Below are positions 1 to 13,139 of a DNA stretch of 64,000 nucleotides, one piece after another. Each line of letters starts with the position of its first letter. Within the stretch, counting starts at the first letter, position 1. The notes beneath the pieces are model-generated. The model searched no databases. It saw only the letters and a list, made by a program, of their open reading frames with translations, and had not been told where the DNA came from. A program made the translations under genes and the position numbers. Source of the DNA: Octopus vulgaris (taxonomy: Eukaryota); contig OX597816.1 of assembly GCA_951406725.2 (NCBI GenBank), forward strand, positions 165,788,001-165,852,000. Reading direction: 5' to 3'.

Positions 1-15
1 TCTCTCTCGCTAGTT

Positions 16-47
<32 letters not shown>

Positions 48-60
48 TACACATGTGTAT

Positions 61-436
61 ATTCTTTTATTTGTTTCAGTCATTTGACTGCGGCCATGCT
101 GGAGCACCGCCTTTAGTCGAGCAAATCGACCCCAGAACTTATTCTTTGTAAGCCTAGTATTTATTTTATCTGTTTCTTTTTGCCGAACCGCCAAGTTACG
201 GGGACGCAAACACACCATCGTCGGTTGTCAAGTGATGGTGGACTCACACACACACATATATATATATATATACGATGGGCTTCCTCCAGTTTCTGTCTAC
301 CAAATCCACTCACAAGGCTTTGGTCGGCCCGAGGCTATAGTAGAAGACACTTGCTCAAGGTGCCATGCAGTGGGACTGAACCCGGAACCATGTGGTTGGT
401 AAGCAAGCTACTTACCACACAGCCGCTCATGCGCCT
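61..436 (-). mobile_element. tRNA-headed SINE, family A (CORE-like segment, internal microsatellite)
   Basis: Minus strand: A/B-box head (TGGTAAG...GGTTCAGTCCC), then CACCTTGAGCAAGTG CORE-like segment, internal (TA)/(TG)n, and tail ending CCAGCATGGCCGCAGTCAAATGACTGAAAC; many near-identical copies in the window. Confidence 0.85.
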
Positions 437-1249
437 TTATATGCGTATTTGACACTGACTGAGTTGCCCTAAGACCGCCACGTCGAAAGGAATTCAGAAT
501 ATCAGCGCCAAGCATTATGTAGTCAGCAAGCGAACTTTAGGTTAATTGAAATATATTTGTAACAAATTTCAACTTCTAAGACAAATTCAGTGCAGTTAAT
601 GCGGAGAAAAAAAACATCTCAATTATGTTCAAATGTGTAAGCACACCATATCTAACAGCACAACTGAGCCAATGTTGTTGACTGTGTTTTAGTTAAGGCC
701 ACGGCTTTAAATCTGTCCAGAGTTACTGTTCTTCGGTATTTCTCATTGATGATGGACAAAGAGCTAGAAACACTGCGTTTGCGAACCCGACAGGAGGCAA
801 CACTAGGTTGATGTGGTGCTTTTACACCTTTTACTATGAGGGAGAATTATTTCTTCGCGTACAGGTCGGCCAGATTTCTTTCAACGTCTAGAGGTTTTCC
901 TGGGAACGTCTTTTAGTGGGGGGTTGAAACGCTACCCTGGACACGCATCTAGACTACGTGGGCAGAGATAGTAAATGGAAGGGGTGTAAATGCTTCAAAG
1001 ACCTGCTCAGACATTTTCAGCTGTCTGACAGGTACCGACTGGATCACCTGAATGTGCAAGTGCGGACATAGAGCAACCGCATCGGGTTCTCCAGATTGCA
1101 TTTAGATAGAGTATTCTGTAGAAAACTTCGTGTAATAATTTCACAACGCCTAGCAAACACAGCCAGACTGAAATAATTAATGCATTCTTCCAGCTGTGAA
1201 TAAAAAAATTCGCAAACTTGAGGGGATGGGCCCCCAGCCAATAAACCTT

Positions 1250-1340
1250 TTCTATTTTCTCTCCCTGTTTATTTCTGTGTTTTTCTGTCGAAGAGCGTAG
1301 GCTCGAAACGTAAAAGACTTTCTCACATCCCGAGCGTTAA
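1250..1340 (+). mobile_element. Short Penelope-type non-autonomous element with HHR-like motif (CUGUNGA family)
   Basis: tttt-CTGTCGA-A-GAGC-gtag-GCTC-GAAAC-GTA-aaag; same family at about 4455-4610, 16800-16970(-), 31175-31320 and 36740-36880. Confidence 0.55.
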
Positions 1341-2178
1341 ATTCACAACACAGCAAACATTGTGCTGTATCAGTATGAAAAGATGTTCATGCATTACAAT
1401 TAATATATAGAAGCAGTAAGAGCAAAATAGTATAATACGACATACAAGTGAAATGTTTATTCAAAGATTAATATCGGGCTGTTTTAACGTAATGATTAAA
1501 TATACAAGTGCCGTGTCATGTCTGCCGCTCCAATCTCTTCGATTGAGTATATAGCTGTTAAAAGAGCTAAAGAGTAGACAAATCGAAGGTTGAGCCCAAA
1601 CACTCTGAAACTGACGCCTTTTATGACTTTATTTATAGGCTGTGCTCATGAAAAGATTTAGACAAGCTAAGAAGCTATCACGTGAAAAATAAACCACTGA
1701 TTGGACCGGAACTCAGCTGCGCACATGATCAAAACTTAGTTGAATTTGACTTGAAATTCTTATGTGGCAAGCGCGAGTTCCTGTCCTGCTACGTATTTCA
1801 TGATTGGTTGTTCACCTTCAAATGTTAAACACCCTCGAATGGCTAGACAGATGTTCATATTTTGCTTAGTCAGTGATGTCATTAAAAAATTAACCATCAG
1901 CCATTTCAGTGTGGAATATGGTTTGTGTCTGATTTAAATAGCGATTGATAACAAGTTTTGTTCTGAGGTGTAAAAGTTTAGGTTACTTATTCACTAAAAG
2001 GTGAACAACTAGCAGCTGTTAAACATACTAAAGTAGTCACTTTTGTTTCTCTTTGTGTGAATGAAAATTTTAAAAAAATTACATTTGAAAAAAATTTTCC
2101 ATTTAGGCATAATAAACTTCATGAAGACATTAAGTTTATTTTAACTATTCTAGCACGTTATGTTTCTGCATGATTTCA

Positions 2179-2622
<444 letters not shown>

Positions 2623-3059
2623 ATGATTATGAATACTTATATACATACATATGTACATACACACACCTATATATGATACAAAACGTATATTTCTGCAACG
2701 TTTTCTTGCTTACACATATATCCGAGTCGAATGGACAAACGCTTGCGTGCGTAGGTGTATTTGTATGTTTGTGTGTATTCACCTATATTCACGATTTCGT
2801 TACTTAATTCTGTATTCACGCATGTGCGTGTTGATGCGTGCTATAGAAGTTGAAGAAAGACTGAAAGAATAAGAGAATAAATAAGTGAGGGCATTAGTAG
2901 TAAAAGGAAAAGGCAGAGTGTAAGAACTTAGTAGCAAGGAAGTAAGTAGAAATAAGTGAGGATGAAGTAATATTTCTCGGTTATTTAAGCGAGTAATCTT
3001 ATGAATTGGACGTGTATGGAAGCAGCTTAGGGTCACAAATACACACACATATATATAAG

Positions 3060-3153
3060 CATACATACATGCATGCATACATACATACGTACGTATGTAC
3101 ATGCATGCATTCATATATACATACATACATACGTACATACATACATACATACA

Positions 3154-3184
<31 letters not shown>

Positions 3185-3241
3185 GTACATACATACATAC
3201 ATACATACATACATACACACATACATACATACATACATACA

Positions 3242-3272
<31 letters not shown>

Positions 3273-3361
3273 GTACATACGTACGTACATACATACATAC
3301 ATACATACATACATACATACATACATACATACATACATACATACATACATACATACATACA

Positions 3362-3392
<31 letters not shown>

Positions 3393-3462
3393 GTACATAC
3401 ATACATACATACATACATACATACATACATACACACATACATACGTACGTACATACATACAT
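3060..3462. repeat. (TACA)n microsatellite
   Basis: Directly visible. Confidence 0.95.
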
Positions 3463-3564
3463 ATAAAAAAAACAAGAAGCTGGAGCATTTTTGGATTATT
3501 TAATTCGTACATATATATATATAGACAGACAGGTGGATAGATATAGGTCTATCTATCTGTCTGG

Positions 3565-3686
<122 letters not shown>

Positions 3687-3800
3687 GAGTGCAGAAATTC
3701 GGGGTGAGTACTTGATAATTATAAGCACCTGTGTATACCGTTTGGTGGTGTAGGTGGTGGAGTAAATTGATCAAAATAAAAACATGATGCCAAGGATTCA

Positions 3801-3891
3801 GCGGTACATATGTTTCGGGCCTTTATTAGACAGATTTATTAGACAGATTTATAACAATGCATAATGTATGTCTGTGGCCTTCTTCAGCCGC
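3801..3891 (-). ncRNA. Type I hammerhead ribozyme-like motif (mirror copy)
   Basis: Reverse-complement copy of 4047-4124 with a 13-nt duplication in loop II. Confidence 0.65.
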
Positions 3892-4046
3892 GCACAACAG
3901 CTTCCACAAGGACATGTGTTACATCAAAATTCTTGGTTGGGGATGCAAATCCTCTCATTCGCGTACGACATAATGCGAATGAGAGGATTTGCATCCCCAA
4001 CCAAGAATTTTTGATGTAACACATGTCCTTGTGGAAGCTGTTGTGC

Positions 4047-4124
4047 GCGGCTGAAGAAGGCCACAGACATACATTATGCATTGTTATAAATCTGTCTAAT
4101 AAAGGCCCGAAACATATGTACCGC
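4047..4124 (+). ncRNA. Type I hammerhead ribozyme-like motif
   Basis: Stem I GCGG/CCGC, core CUGAAGA, stem II GGCC/GGCC with long loop, GAAA, palindromic stem III ACAUAUGU, triplet GUA. Confidence 0.7.
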
Positions 4125-4155
4125 TGAATCCTTGGCATCATGTTTTTATTTTGAT

Positions 4156-4218
<63 letters not shown>

Positions 4219-4678
4219 CATACAGTGGCGGTCTAGGTCTAAAAGCATTGGTTGCCAGGAGACTAAGGGGGCCCACCCGCAACTACAAGGGTGCACACCT
4301 GCAACTACAATGCTATCATTTATTTATTTATCTGATAAAAGTATTCTTTTCAACTGTCTACAAACACAGCCAGACTGAAATAATTAATGCATTCTTCCAG
4401 CAGTGATTAAAACATTCGCAAACTTGAGGGGATGGGCCCCCAGCCAATAAACCTTTTCTATTTTCTTTCCCTGTTTCTTTCTGTTTTTTTTTTTTGTCGA
4501 TGAGCGTAGGCTCGAAACGTAAAAGACTTTCTCACATCCCGAGCGTTCAACTAATACATCTGTTTGCTGTTTACTCACACGTCTTCGTCATTTTGTTTCT
4601 TGTAAATTCTCTCTCTCTCTCTCTCCATATATATATATATATATACACACATACACATATATATATACATATATATAC

Positions 4679-4826
<148 letters not shown>

Positions 4827-4878
4827 CATGAATGCATATATAAATATTAATAAATGTGTGCATATCTATAGATATACT

Positions 4879-4960
<82 letters not shown>

Positions 4961-5344
4961 GTACATCTACATCTGCATGCACCCACTAACACAAACACTC
5001 ATATATAAGGTACCCCCCACATATATATATATATATATATATATGTTAAATATATGTGTGCAAATATATGTCTATGCATGTATATGTATATGAGTACAGA
5101 TATGTATATGCATGCATGTACATATATGCATGTATATATAATTACGTACACATATACATATGTATGAATACATACATGAACATCCACATATAATAGAAGA
5201 ATCAATATATTTAAGCACGGTATCATATTCGTCGTATTTCTGTTTTACCAGCCTCACACATACATTAACACAACCACCAACACGCACGCATACACACACA
5301 AACACAAATATGCACATACATGCGTGTGTGTGTGTGTGTGCGTG

Positions 5345-5399
<55 letters not shown>

Positions 5400-5487
5400 A
5401 TCTACATAAATACGTGTGTATATAAATATGCAGTAATATATACGTAGTCGCACACATTATACTGATCACTCTCTCGACAACCGTGTA

Positions 5488-5811
5488 GTGTGAGGGCGCG
5501 TGGCTTAGTGGTTAGGGGCATTCGGCTCCCGATCGTATGGTCGTGAGTTCAATTCCCAGCGACGTGTTGTGTTCTTGAGCAAGACACTTTATTCGACATT
5601 GCTCCAGTCCATTCAGCTGGCAAAAATGAGTGGTACCTGTAATTCAAAGGGCCAGCCTTGTCACACTCTGTATCACGGTCAATCTCCCTGAGAACTACGT
5701 TAGGGGTATACATGTCTGTGGATTACTCAGCCACTTGCACGTTAATTTCACGAGGAAGCTGTTCCGTTAATCGTATTAACTGGGACCTCGTCGTCGCAAC
5801 CGACGGAATGC
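5488..5811 (+). mobile_element. tRNA-headed SINE with family D body and family C tail
   Basis: GGCGCGTGGCTTAGTGGTTAG...GAGTTCAATTCCC head; body like 30188-30330; tail like 54570-54750. Confidence 0.8.
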
Positions 5812-5969
5812 TCTTCGATTACCGCGTAGGGATTAGTTATGTTTTCCATGACCAGAATACAAAGCATGGATACACATGTATACACATTTGTACATATATA
5901 CATGTATATATGTATATACACACACACATACGCACACGCACATATGCTTATACATTCGTATATACATAC

Positions 5970-6016
<47 letters not shown>

Positions 6017-6025
6017 CACAAACAT

Positions 6026-6059
<34 letters not shown>

Positions 6060-6326
6060 ACAAGCACGTACACGCATGCACACGAAATCTTTTGTCGTAT
6101 TTGTGAAGGTTGGAGTTTGGCACTCTTTTGTGCTGCATTCCTGTCAATAACGTCTGTAAATTCTCACCGAACTTACTTTTAAATATTGTAAGGCATTGTA
6201 GAAATATATAAATAAATAGCAGATTTTCCGTTTACCACAGAATACGTAAAAGCAATTACAACTGCCAAACTTTCATCTCACATAATATAAAAAAATACGG
6301 GTGACCTCTCATGCTGACCTCATATA

Positions 6327-7419
6327 TGTATGCGATGAAGTACTCAACAGAAACCAGAATTTTGCAATATTATTTTATTTACATAGTTTTACATTTTTAC
6401 ACTTTTATCGCTTTCAAAGAATTCCCCATTTGAATCAATGTATCGCACCAAGCGCATTTTCCACTATTCGAAGTAATGCCGTTTAAAGCTGCCGTCGTTT
6501 TTTCTTCACCTCTTCCACATCTGTAAATACCTATTTCTTTACTACCCACAAGGGGCTAAACACAAAGAGAACAAACAAGGACAGACAAACGGATTAAGTC
6601 GATTATATTGACCCTAGTGTATAACTAGTACTTATTTAATCGACCCCGAAAGGATGAAAGGCAAAGTCGACCTCGGCGGAATTTGAACTCAGAACGTAAC
6701 GGCAGACGAAATACGGCAAGGCGTTTCGCCTGGCGTGCTAACGTTTCTGCCAGCTCGCCGCCTTAAGTACCATAGCACCAGCTTTCTTCACAAGTGATGA
6801 TCTTCGGAAAAAGGTCCGGATCAATTTCCAACTGTTCTTTCATTTCCCGACACGCATTCAGTCGTGACTGCTTTTGATCTTACGCGAGTAAGCGAGGCAC
6901 AAATTTTGCTGCAACTCATTTCATTCGCAATTCCTCGCTCAAAATTCCTTGGCAGGAGCTCCACGACACACCAGTCACACCAAGTTCATGAATTTTCATT
7001 ATGTTTTCATTCACTCGAGAGGTTGACGCTCGTCCTGAACGAGGTTGGCCTTCAAGCGACAAGTGACCATTCGTAAAGCCTGAAAACCACTTGTAAGCTT
7101 GTGTTTTTGCTCATGGTAGCGTCCTTGTAAGCTGTTTGAAGGATGACAACTATTTCGGCTGTCGTTTTCCCCAGCAGAAAACAGAATTTTATCGAAGAAC
7201 GCTGTTCCTTCGTTTCAGCCATCGACAAAATCGACGAACAGGAGAGAAGCACTGCAAAACAAAGACGCACCACTTGACAGTACGACTACAGACGACGGCG
7301 CTGGTCGGTAGACTGATGCCTGAAGGTTGCATCAAGGGATTTCTAGCGGGGGAAACTTGAACTTCAACGGATTTGTTCCACAGAGAACGTTTCCGGTTAC
7401 TTTTGGATACTTGTCGTAT
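6327..7419 (-). mobile_element. Decayed, internally deleted mariner-like element interrupted by a SINE
   Basis: Minus-strand peptide MAETKEQRSSIKFCFLLGKTTAE (mariner N-terminal HTH); C-terminal remnant WKMRLVRYIDSNGEFFE near 6410-6470; degenerate TIRs at both ends. Confidence 0.7.
6525..6763 (-). mobile_element. tRNA-headed SINE, family B
   Basis: GGCGGCGAGCTGGCAGAAACGTTAGC...GAGTTCAAATTCCGCCGAGGTCGACTTTGCCTTTCATCCTTTCGGGGTCGA; many copies in the window. Confidence 0.85.
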
Positions 7420-7884
7420 ATATATATTGTGGTTTAGTAATCAGTGCTTTTAATTCAGTGGAGGAATTTGAACCATGTTTCGTGGTCTGCTACCACAGCT
7501 CCTTCATAGGATCCAGTTAGTTCAAGACATCATCAGGAGGAACCACGCCCGGTTTCGGCCCCTACTCCTCTACCGTTTTGACGTGGCAGCCCCCCCCTTT
7601 TCGGAGGTGCCTTCAGCTCTGGTGTTGAGTGTATGTTTTCTTTCTCTTTCTTTCTTCTGTTCCCTGGCCTCTTCGATTTAGCGTCAACGAGTGTCAGCAG
7701 GCGACTGCCTGTCTTATTAAATTTCCCTTTAAATACCTGCTGCTAGGCTCCAGCAGGTAGCCCCAGCAAGTTGTCACGTGACACTGTCTCAACTTTAACT
7801 GACCAATGGAGGGCAAAGCTACTTCAGTGTCAGCCTGTCTCACCTAGTGATGTTATTTTTCTGCTGGCATGTTATGACTTTCAA

Positions 7885-8680
7885 GCCTTTAGTGTTCATC
7901 GTTTTAACATAATACATCATGCTAACAAATATTTCATTCATATTAATGATTTGTTTTCAGTGAAGAAAGAAGATGAAAGCCTTTTCAATGTCAGCATGGG
8001 TCGCTATGACTTATATGAGTTATGCGAATTATGGGGTTTTACGTTGTAGATACGCTTAAAAGTGTATTAAACTCGAAAGTTCTTAGCGTATAGAGTGACG
8101 GCCACAAACTTTTCTTACGTGAATGCTCTCCAGCTGAACAGAACCTTAAAAAAAACAGTCAAATAATTTGTTGTATATGTCATTGTTAGAATTATCGTTA
8201 GGATATCTTTTTAATTTAATTGTCAATTATCTGAATTGCTCTTCCATTTGAGTGGCATAGCAATTAACTGAAATTTAACATATTAACAGTAATTTAACTT
8301 TTCAGCTGAATTTTAATCAAAATTTAATTAAAAGCATTAACAAGAGAATGTGTTATCGCTTTTGACAAGAAATACTGAAATATTTGATTAAAATATTTGA
8401 TTAGATATATAAACATTTAATAAATTAAATATTTAATTAAATATTTTAATTAAATATTTCAATATTTCTTGTTAGAAGATATTTGATAAATATCTAACAT
8501 TTAATTCAATTTTAAAATATATACAATTTAATCGAGAATCGTGATAAAGAGCTGTGAAACCGATTTAAATGAGGAAATGGAATACGTATCAGTAAAAAAT
8601 TCAGAGAACAAAGAATTTTGGAAAGGAAACCTCATTTGGTTCAACCCATCCTTCAGTATGAATGAAGCCGAATTTCCTCG
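7885..8680 (+). pseudogene. Penelope-like element reverse transcriptase remnant
   Basis: VKKEDESLFNVSMGRYDLYELCEL resembles the PLE RT segment FDVTMGSYDGAEICEL; NLIWFNPSFSMN near 8628-8663 resembles PLE NIIWFNPPYS; stops and frameshifts present. Confidence 0.65.
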
Positions 8681-9050
8681 CCATTTACGTTTAAACTGAA
8701 ATCATTGCCCGGCAGAGAAGTACTACATTTTTATATGTCGTATTTCTCTACCAAGCATAGATTTCTTTCTTTTCCTTTTGATGCACACCTGAAAAAAAAA
8801 TGAAAACTGGCGAATAGTGATTAGAAGTGGTTTCTGACGTATCAATCAGGAAATAACAACTTATTTCTAGATACAGGTAAGTAAGCAATTTTTGTCACCA
8901 TTGATAATTCAAATCACATAACAGCTGATTTATTAAACAATTACCTGGTGTAGAATGGGTTACTGAGAATAACGGTGGACAGAAGCTTTAGCCTTGAATA
9001 CATGAACTACTATTAATTATTAGACTTATTTTTTTCTGCTCGGCCAATAA

Positions 9051-9081
<31 letters not shown>

Positions 9082-9474
9082 TGTATGTATGTATGTATGT
9101 ATGTATGTATGTATGTATGCATGTAGGTGTCTGTCTGTCTGTCTGTCTGTATGTATGTATGTATGTATGTATGTATGTATGTATGTATGTATGTATGTAT
9201 GTATGTATGTATGTATGTAGGTGTCTGTCTGTTTGTATGTATGTAGGTGTATGTCTGTTTGTCTGTTTGCATGTATGTATATAATACATATATGTAGATG
9301 TGTGTGTATGCATGTGTATAGTTTATTGAAATGAAATTTGTATCTCACGACTCGTGTTTCAGTAAACCATATATTTTACAATATGCATTGAGCATACCTT
9401 TCTCTTTCGTTCAGCACAATTTAACATTTGTGTGTGTGTGTGTATAGCATATCTACACAAGTGTTGTATGCCTG

Positions 9475-9516
<42 letters not shown>

Positions 9517-9664
9517 TATAGATAGATAAATAGATATGCAGAGAGAGAGAGAGAGAGAGAGAGATTGATAAATAGACATGTGTGTGCATGTGTGTGTATG
9601 TGTGTTTATACGTGTGTGCGTGTGTGTATGTGTGTGTGTGTGTGTGCGTGTGTGTGTGTGTGTA

Positions 9665-9711
<47 letters not shown>

Positions 9712-10826
9712 GTGTGTGTGAGTGTCTTTACAAATAGTCTATACTCGGTGCTTTCCCGCTTCATAAATAACTTAAAACAATTATTATCTAGCCATTAATT
9801 TCGTCTCCTTCCATCTTGAAGCTGATTTTCTGAAAGGTATATTTTCAGACGATACAGCATTTGGGAGGGAAAATAAAATAAAATAAACATGACTGAATGA
9901 GATTTAAAATAAAACATAAAGAACAAAAACAATTTCAGACAAACACTTTAATGTTGCTTTCATTATTCCTAAATAAGATATAAAATGAAAATATAGACGC
10001 AAAACATTACCGTAAAAGTATTTAAAATTATCAAATATATCTGTATAAAATTTCGTTCACGAATTGAAAGTAAGAAAGCTGATATCTGATTTTAAAATAT
10101 ACGTAAAGTATAATAATATAAATAAATTGTAAAAATGTAATATGGAATAATTTCGATTTATTATTCACTGGATGCCAAGATTCTTTTAAGAATGTTGACA
10201 AGTTTATCTTATGTGAAATCTTAATTTCACCAACCAGAGACATTATTATTACTCTTACATTAGCACAATTTCATGTTTGAGAAATCTAAAGATAAAAGGG
10301 GAAAAAACCCAGCAAAAAACAATGAATATTTGTATTTTATAATGTCTAGTGTCACATTGCACTGGGAGAAATAGTGTAATTGTATCGGGGAAAAAGGGCA
10401 GTGTGCCACGGGCGATTCTTTTATAGGAACTTCATTTTTTGGTCTGCATAAGCCTGCACTGCAGGCAGGAACAACCTTGTTTAAAAAGTGGGCTGCATGA
10501 AACATGACACACTATCAAGCCGGCCTCACTACTAAAAAATGTCAGTAATCGTTTGTTTTCATCGTGTATTTTGTATAGCACTTGGGATTTGAGAAATGAG
10601 CTCTGAAAAGAGGAGACAAACATAGAAACATACACACACGCACACGTACACGTGCGCAAACACAAAGAGATATAAACACTCAAACAAAGCTATTTGTAAA
10701 GTGTGTATGTATATATCGTTTTGTTTGTTTATTTGTGTGTGTGTGTGTGTGAGACATCTCTGTGACAAAAGAAAGGAAGACACGACTATATGGAAACTAT
10801 TATATATTCAACCAAACCTTCTTAGA

Positions 10827-11004
10827 TAATACAGTTCTATATTTAAGAGATGAGGAATTATGTACATTAATTACATTCGACGGATATTTGTTCTCATCTT
10901 GTTTGTTGTTAACACAACGTTTCGGCTGATATACCCACCAGCCTTCTTCAGGTGTCTTGAGAAAATTTCGAACCTGGGTTTTCATTCCTAAGGTATTCTT
11001 CGAA

Positions 11005-11082
<78 letters not shown>

Positions 11083-11203
11083 GTTGTTGTTGTTGTTGTT
11101 CAGGTCACTGCTTGGAATCGAATTCGGAATCTTAGGGTTAGTAGCCCGTGCTCTTAACCACTACGCCATATGTCCGTCGAATGTAAATAATGTAAATAAT
11201 GTA
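10827..11203 (-). mobile_element. Composite retroelement: tRNA-like head, (AAC)/(AAT)n linker, Penelope-type HHR tail, 14-bp TSD
   Basis: Direct repeat CAAACCTTCTTAGA at 10813-10826 and 11204-11217; head TGGCGTAGTGGTTAAG...GAATTCGATTCC at about 11103-11172; HHR at 10911-10956. Confidence 0.75.
10911..10956 (-). ncRNA. Minimal hammerhead ribozyme-like motif
   Basis: GACAC-CUGAAGA-A-GGCUG-loop-CAGCC-GAAAC-GUU-GUGUU; stem I GACAC/GUGUU, palindromic stem III ACGU. Confidence 0.7.
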
Positions 11204-11541
11204 CAAACCTTCTTAGACTAGAACACCGTAAATAAGGGTTGCTCATACCAGAATTTTAATCACTGTGAAGGACACTCTCGCAATATAATGTATGGTGTAA
11301 TATATAAACAAGAAAACTACCATAAACTAAGAAATCAAAAACCCCTTAACAATTTCAGCCCTACATGAATGAAGGACAACGAGAACATAGAATATAAAAT
11401 ATTCACAGACAACAGGTACATGAAACGTACTCCCCATCATTAGCTGCTAAACACTTTTCATGATGGTTTTGATACTTGGGCAGTGTAAGGTGTGTGCGTG
11501 TGCGTGTGCGTGTGCGTGTGCGTGCCTGTGTGCGTGTGTGA

Positions 11542-11603
<62 letters not shown>

Positions 11604-12070
11604 ATGTGTGTGTGATTACTTGTAGTGTGTACAGTAGGGTGTTACATTTGTGAAATAGCGAGTAGAAGAAATTCAATAAACAGAGATTATCCAAGTAATT
11701 AGTTGATGAAACTCCCTCTAGACGTGTTAAATGTCTAAAAAATATTTTAAAAAAAACAACAAAAAGAAACAAGTTAAGAAGATAATTAAATCATAAAAAT
11801 AATTAAATTATAAACAAGCTAAGAAGATAATTAACTTATAAAAAATTATAAAATTAAATCGGCTACATAATCCCCCTGACATTCAATTTTAATGACTTTT
11901 ACCGATGTGAAAATGAATGATGGTGAACTTTTTACTTTCCATTTCATTTTTCATTAAATGCTTTGGCCTGGAGAAGTGGATTGTAATTAAGGGCTTCGCA
12001 GGGCCGCTCAAATCTCTGATTAACGGTCTTCTCGAACAGCTGTAAACTGACGACTAAAAAAAAATAGAAC

Positions 12071-12489
12071 AGGCGTGGATGTGTGGTAAGAAGGTTGTTT
12101 CCCAATTGGTTCCGAGTTAAGTCGCACTGCATGACACCTTGGACAAGTGTCTTCTACAATAGCCTCAGGCCGACCAACGCCTTATGAGTGCCGTTGGTAG
12201 ACCGAAACTGTGAGGAAGCCCGTTATATAATATATATGTATATATGTATGTATGTATGTGTGTGCTTGGGTGTGTACATGTCATTGTGTCTGTTTGTCCC
12301 TCACCACCGATTGACAACCGGTGTTGGTATTTACTTCCCCGTAACACTAGCGGTTCATCAAAAGAGAGCCGATAGAATAGGTACCAGGCTTTTAAAGAAT
12401 AAGTCCTGGGATCGACTTATTCGACTAAAAATTCTTCAAAGTGTTGCCCCAGTCTAATGAATGAAGCAAGCAAAAGATAAAAGATAAAA
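12071..12489 (+). mobile_element. SINE family A, diverged copy
   Basis: Collinear with 38990-39420. Confidence 0.8.
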
Positions 12490-12905
12490 TTGGGAGTTCC
12501 GGAAAGTTGAGATTTTCTTGCTGAAGAACTGAGAGCTGTCATTGGTTTGATGCTTGTGTTGGAATCGGTACGGGTGATGAAAGGGAAAGAAACGTGTGAG
12601 TTGAGAGTGTCTGAGTAGAGGTGATATAAAACCAGTTACTTTTGAATACCGAAGTACGGTAATACCGAAGTACGTCTCAGCTCTAAATTTAACCCCCTTT
12701 TAATACACTAATGCTATTGAGATGAGCCTGCATAAAAAGCTATTTATTGCATTTATCTTTCAGATAAAATCTCTGGTTTTGGCAGAATGTAATCGATGCT
12801 GGTTAAACAAACGCTCCTCAGGAAGTAGTGATGCAGCTTAATGTCCTAATCTAGGATCAAGCAACACGTGACTAACTGAGCATTATCTGTCCTTCCCAAG
12901 TTTAT

Positions 12906-13062
12906 TTGGATAACAGATCGATGCCAAAATCAATCAATTAGTGTCTGGCTTTGATGCAAAGTAAATATTGTAGAAGTGACAACAATCCCATCTGGTTGCT
13001 TGAGGCTGGATTGGTAGAAACATTGAAGCATTTTCGATAACCGACTCTAATACTAACACAGC

Positions 13063-13139
<77 letters not shown>

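Larger units (their letters stand above)
3766..4159. repeat. Near-perfect inverted repeat (~185-197 bp arms, ~12-nt loop)
   Basis: 3766-3962 is the reverse complement of 3975-4159, apart from a 13-nt tandem duplication in the left arm and a 1-nt indel. Confidence 0.95.

Noticed and set aside
8823-8885. Strong donor-like CAG|GTAAGT at ~8876
   Set aside because: No convincing upstream acceptor or supporting reading frame
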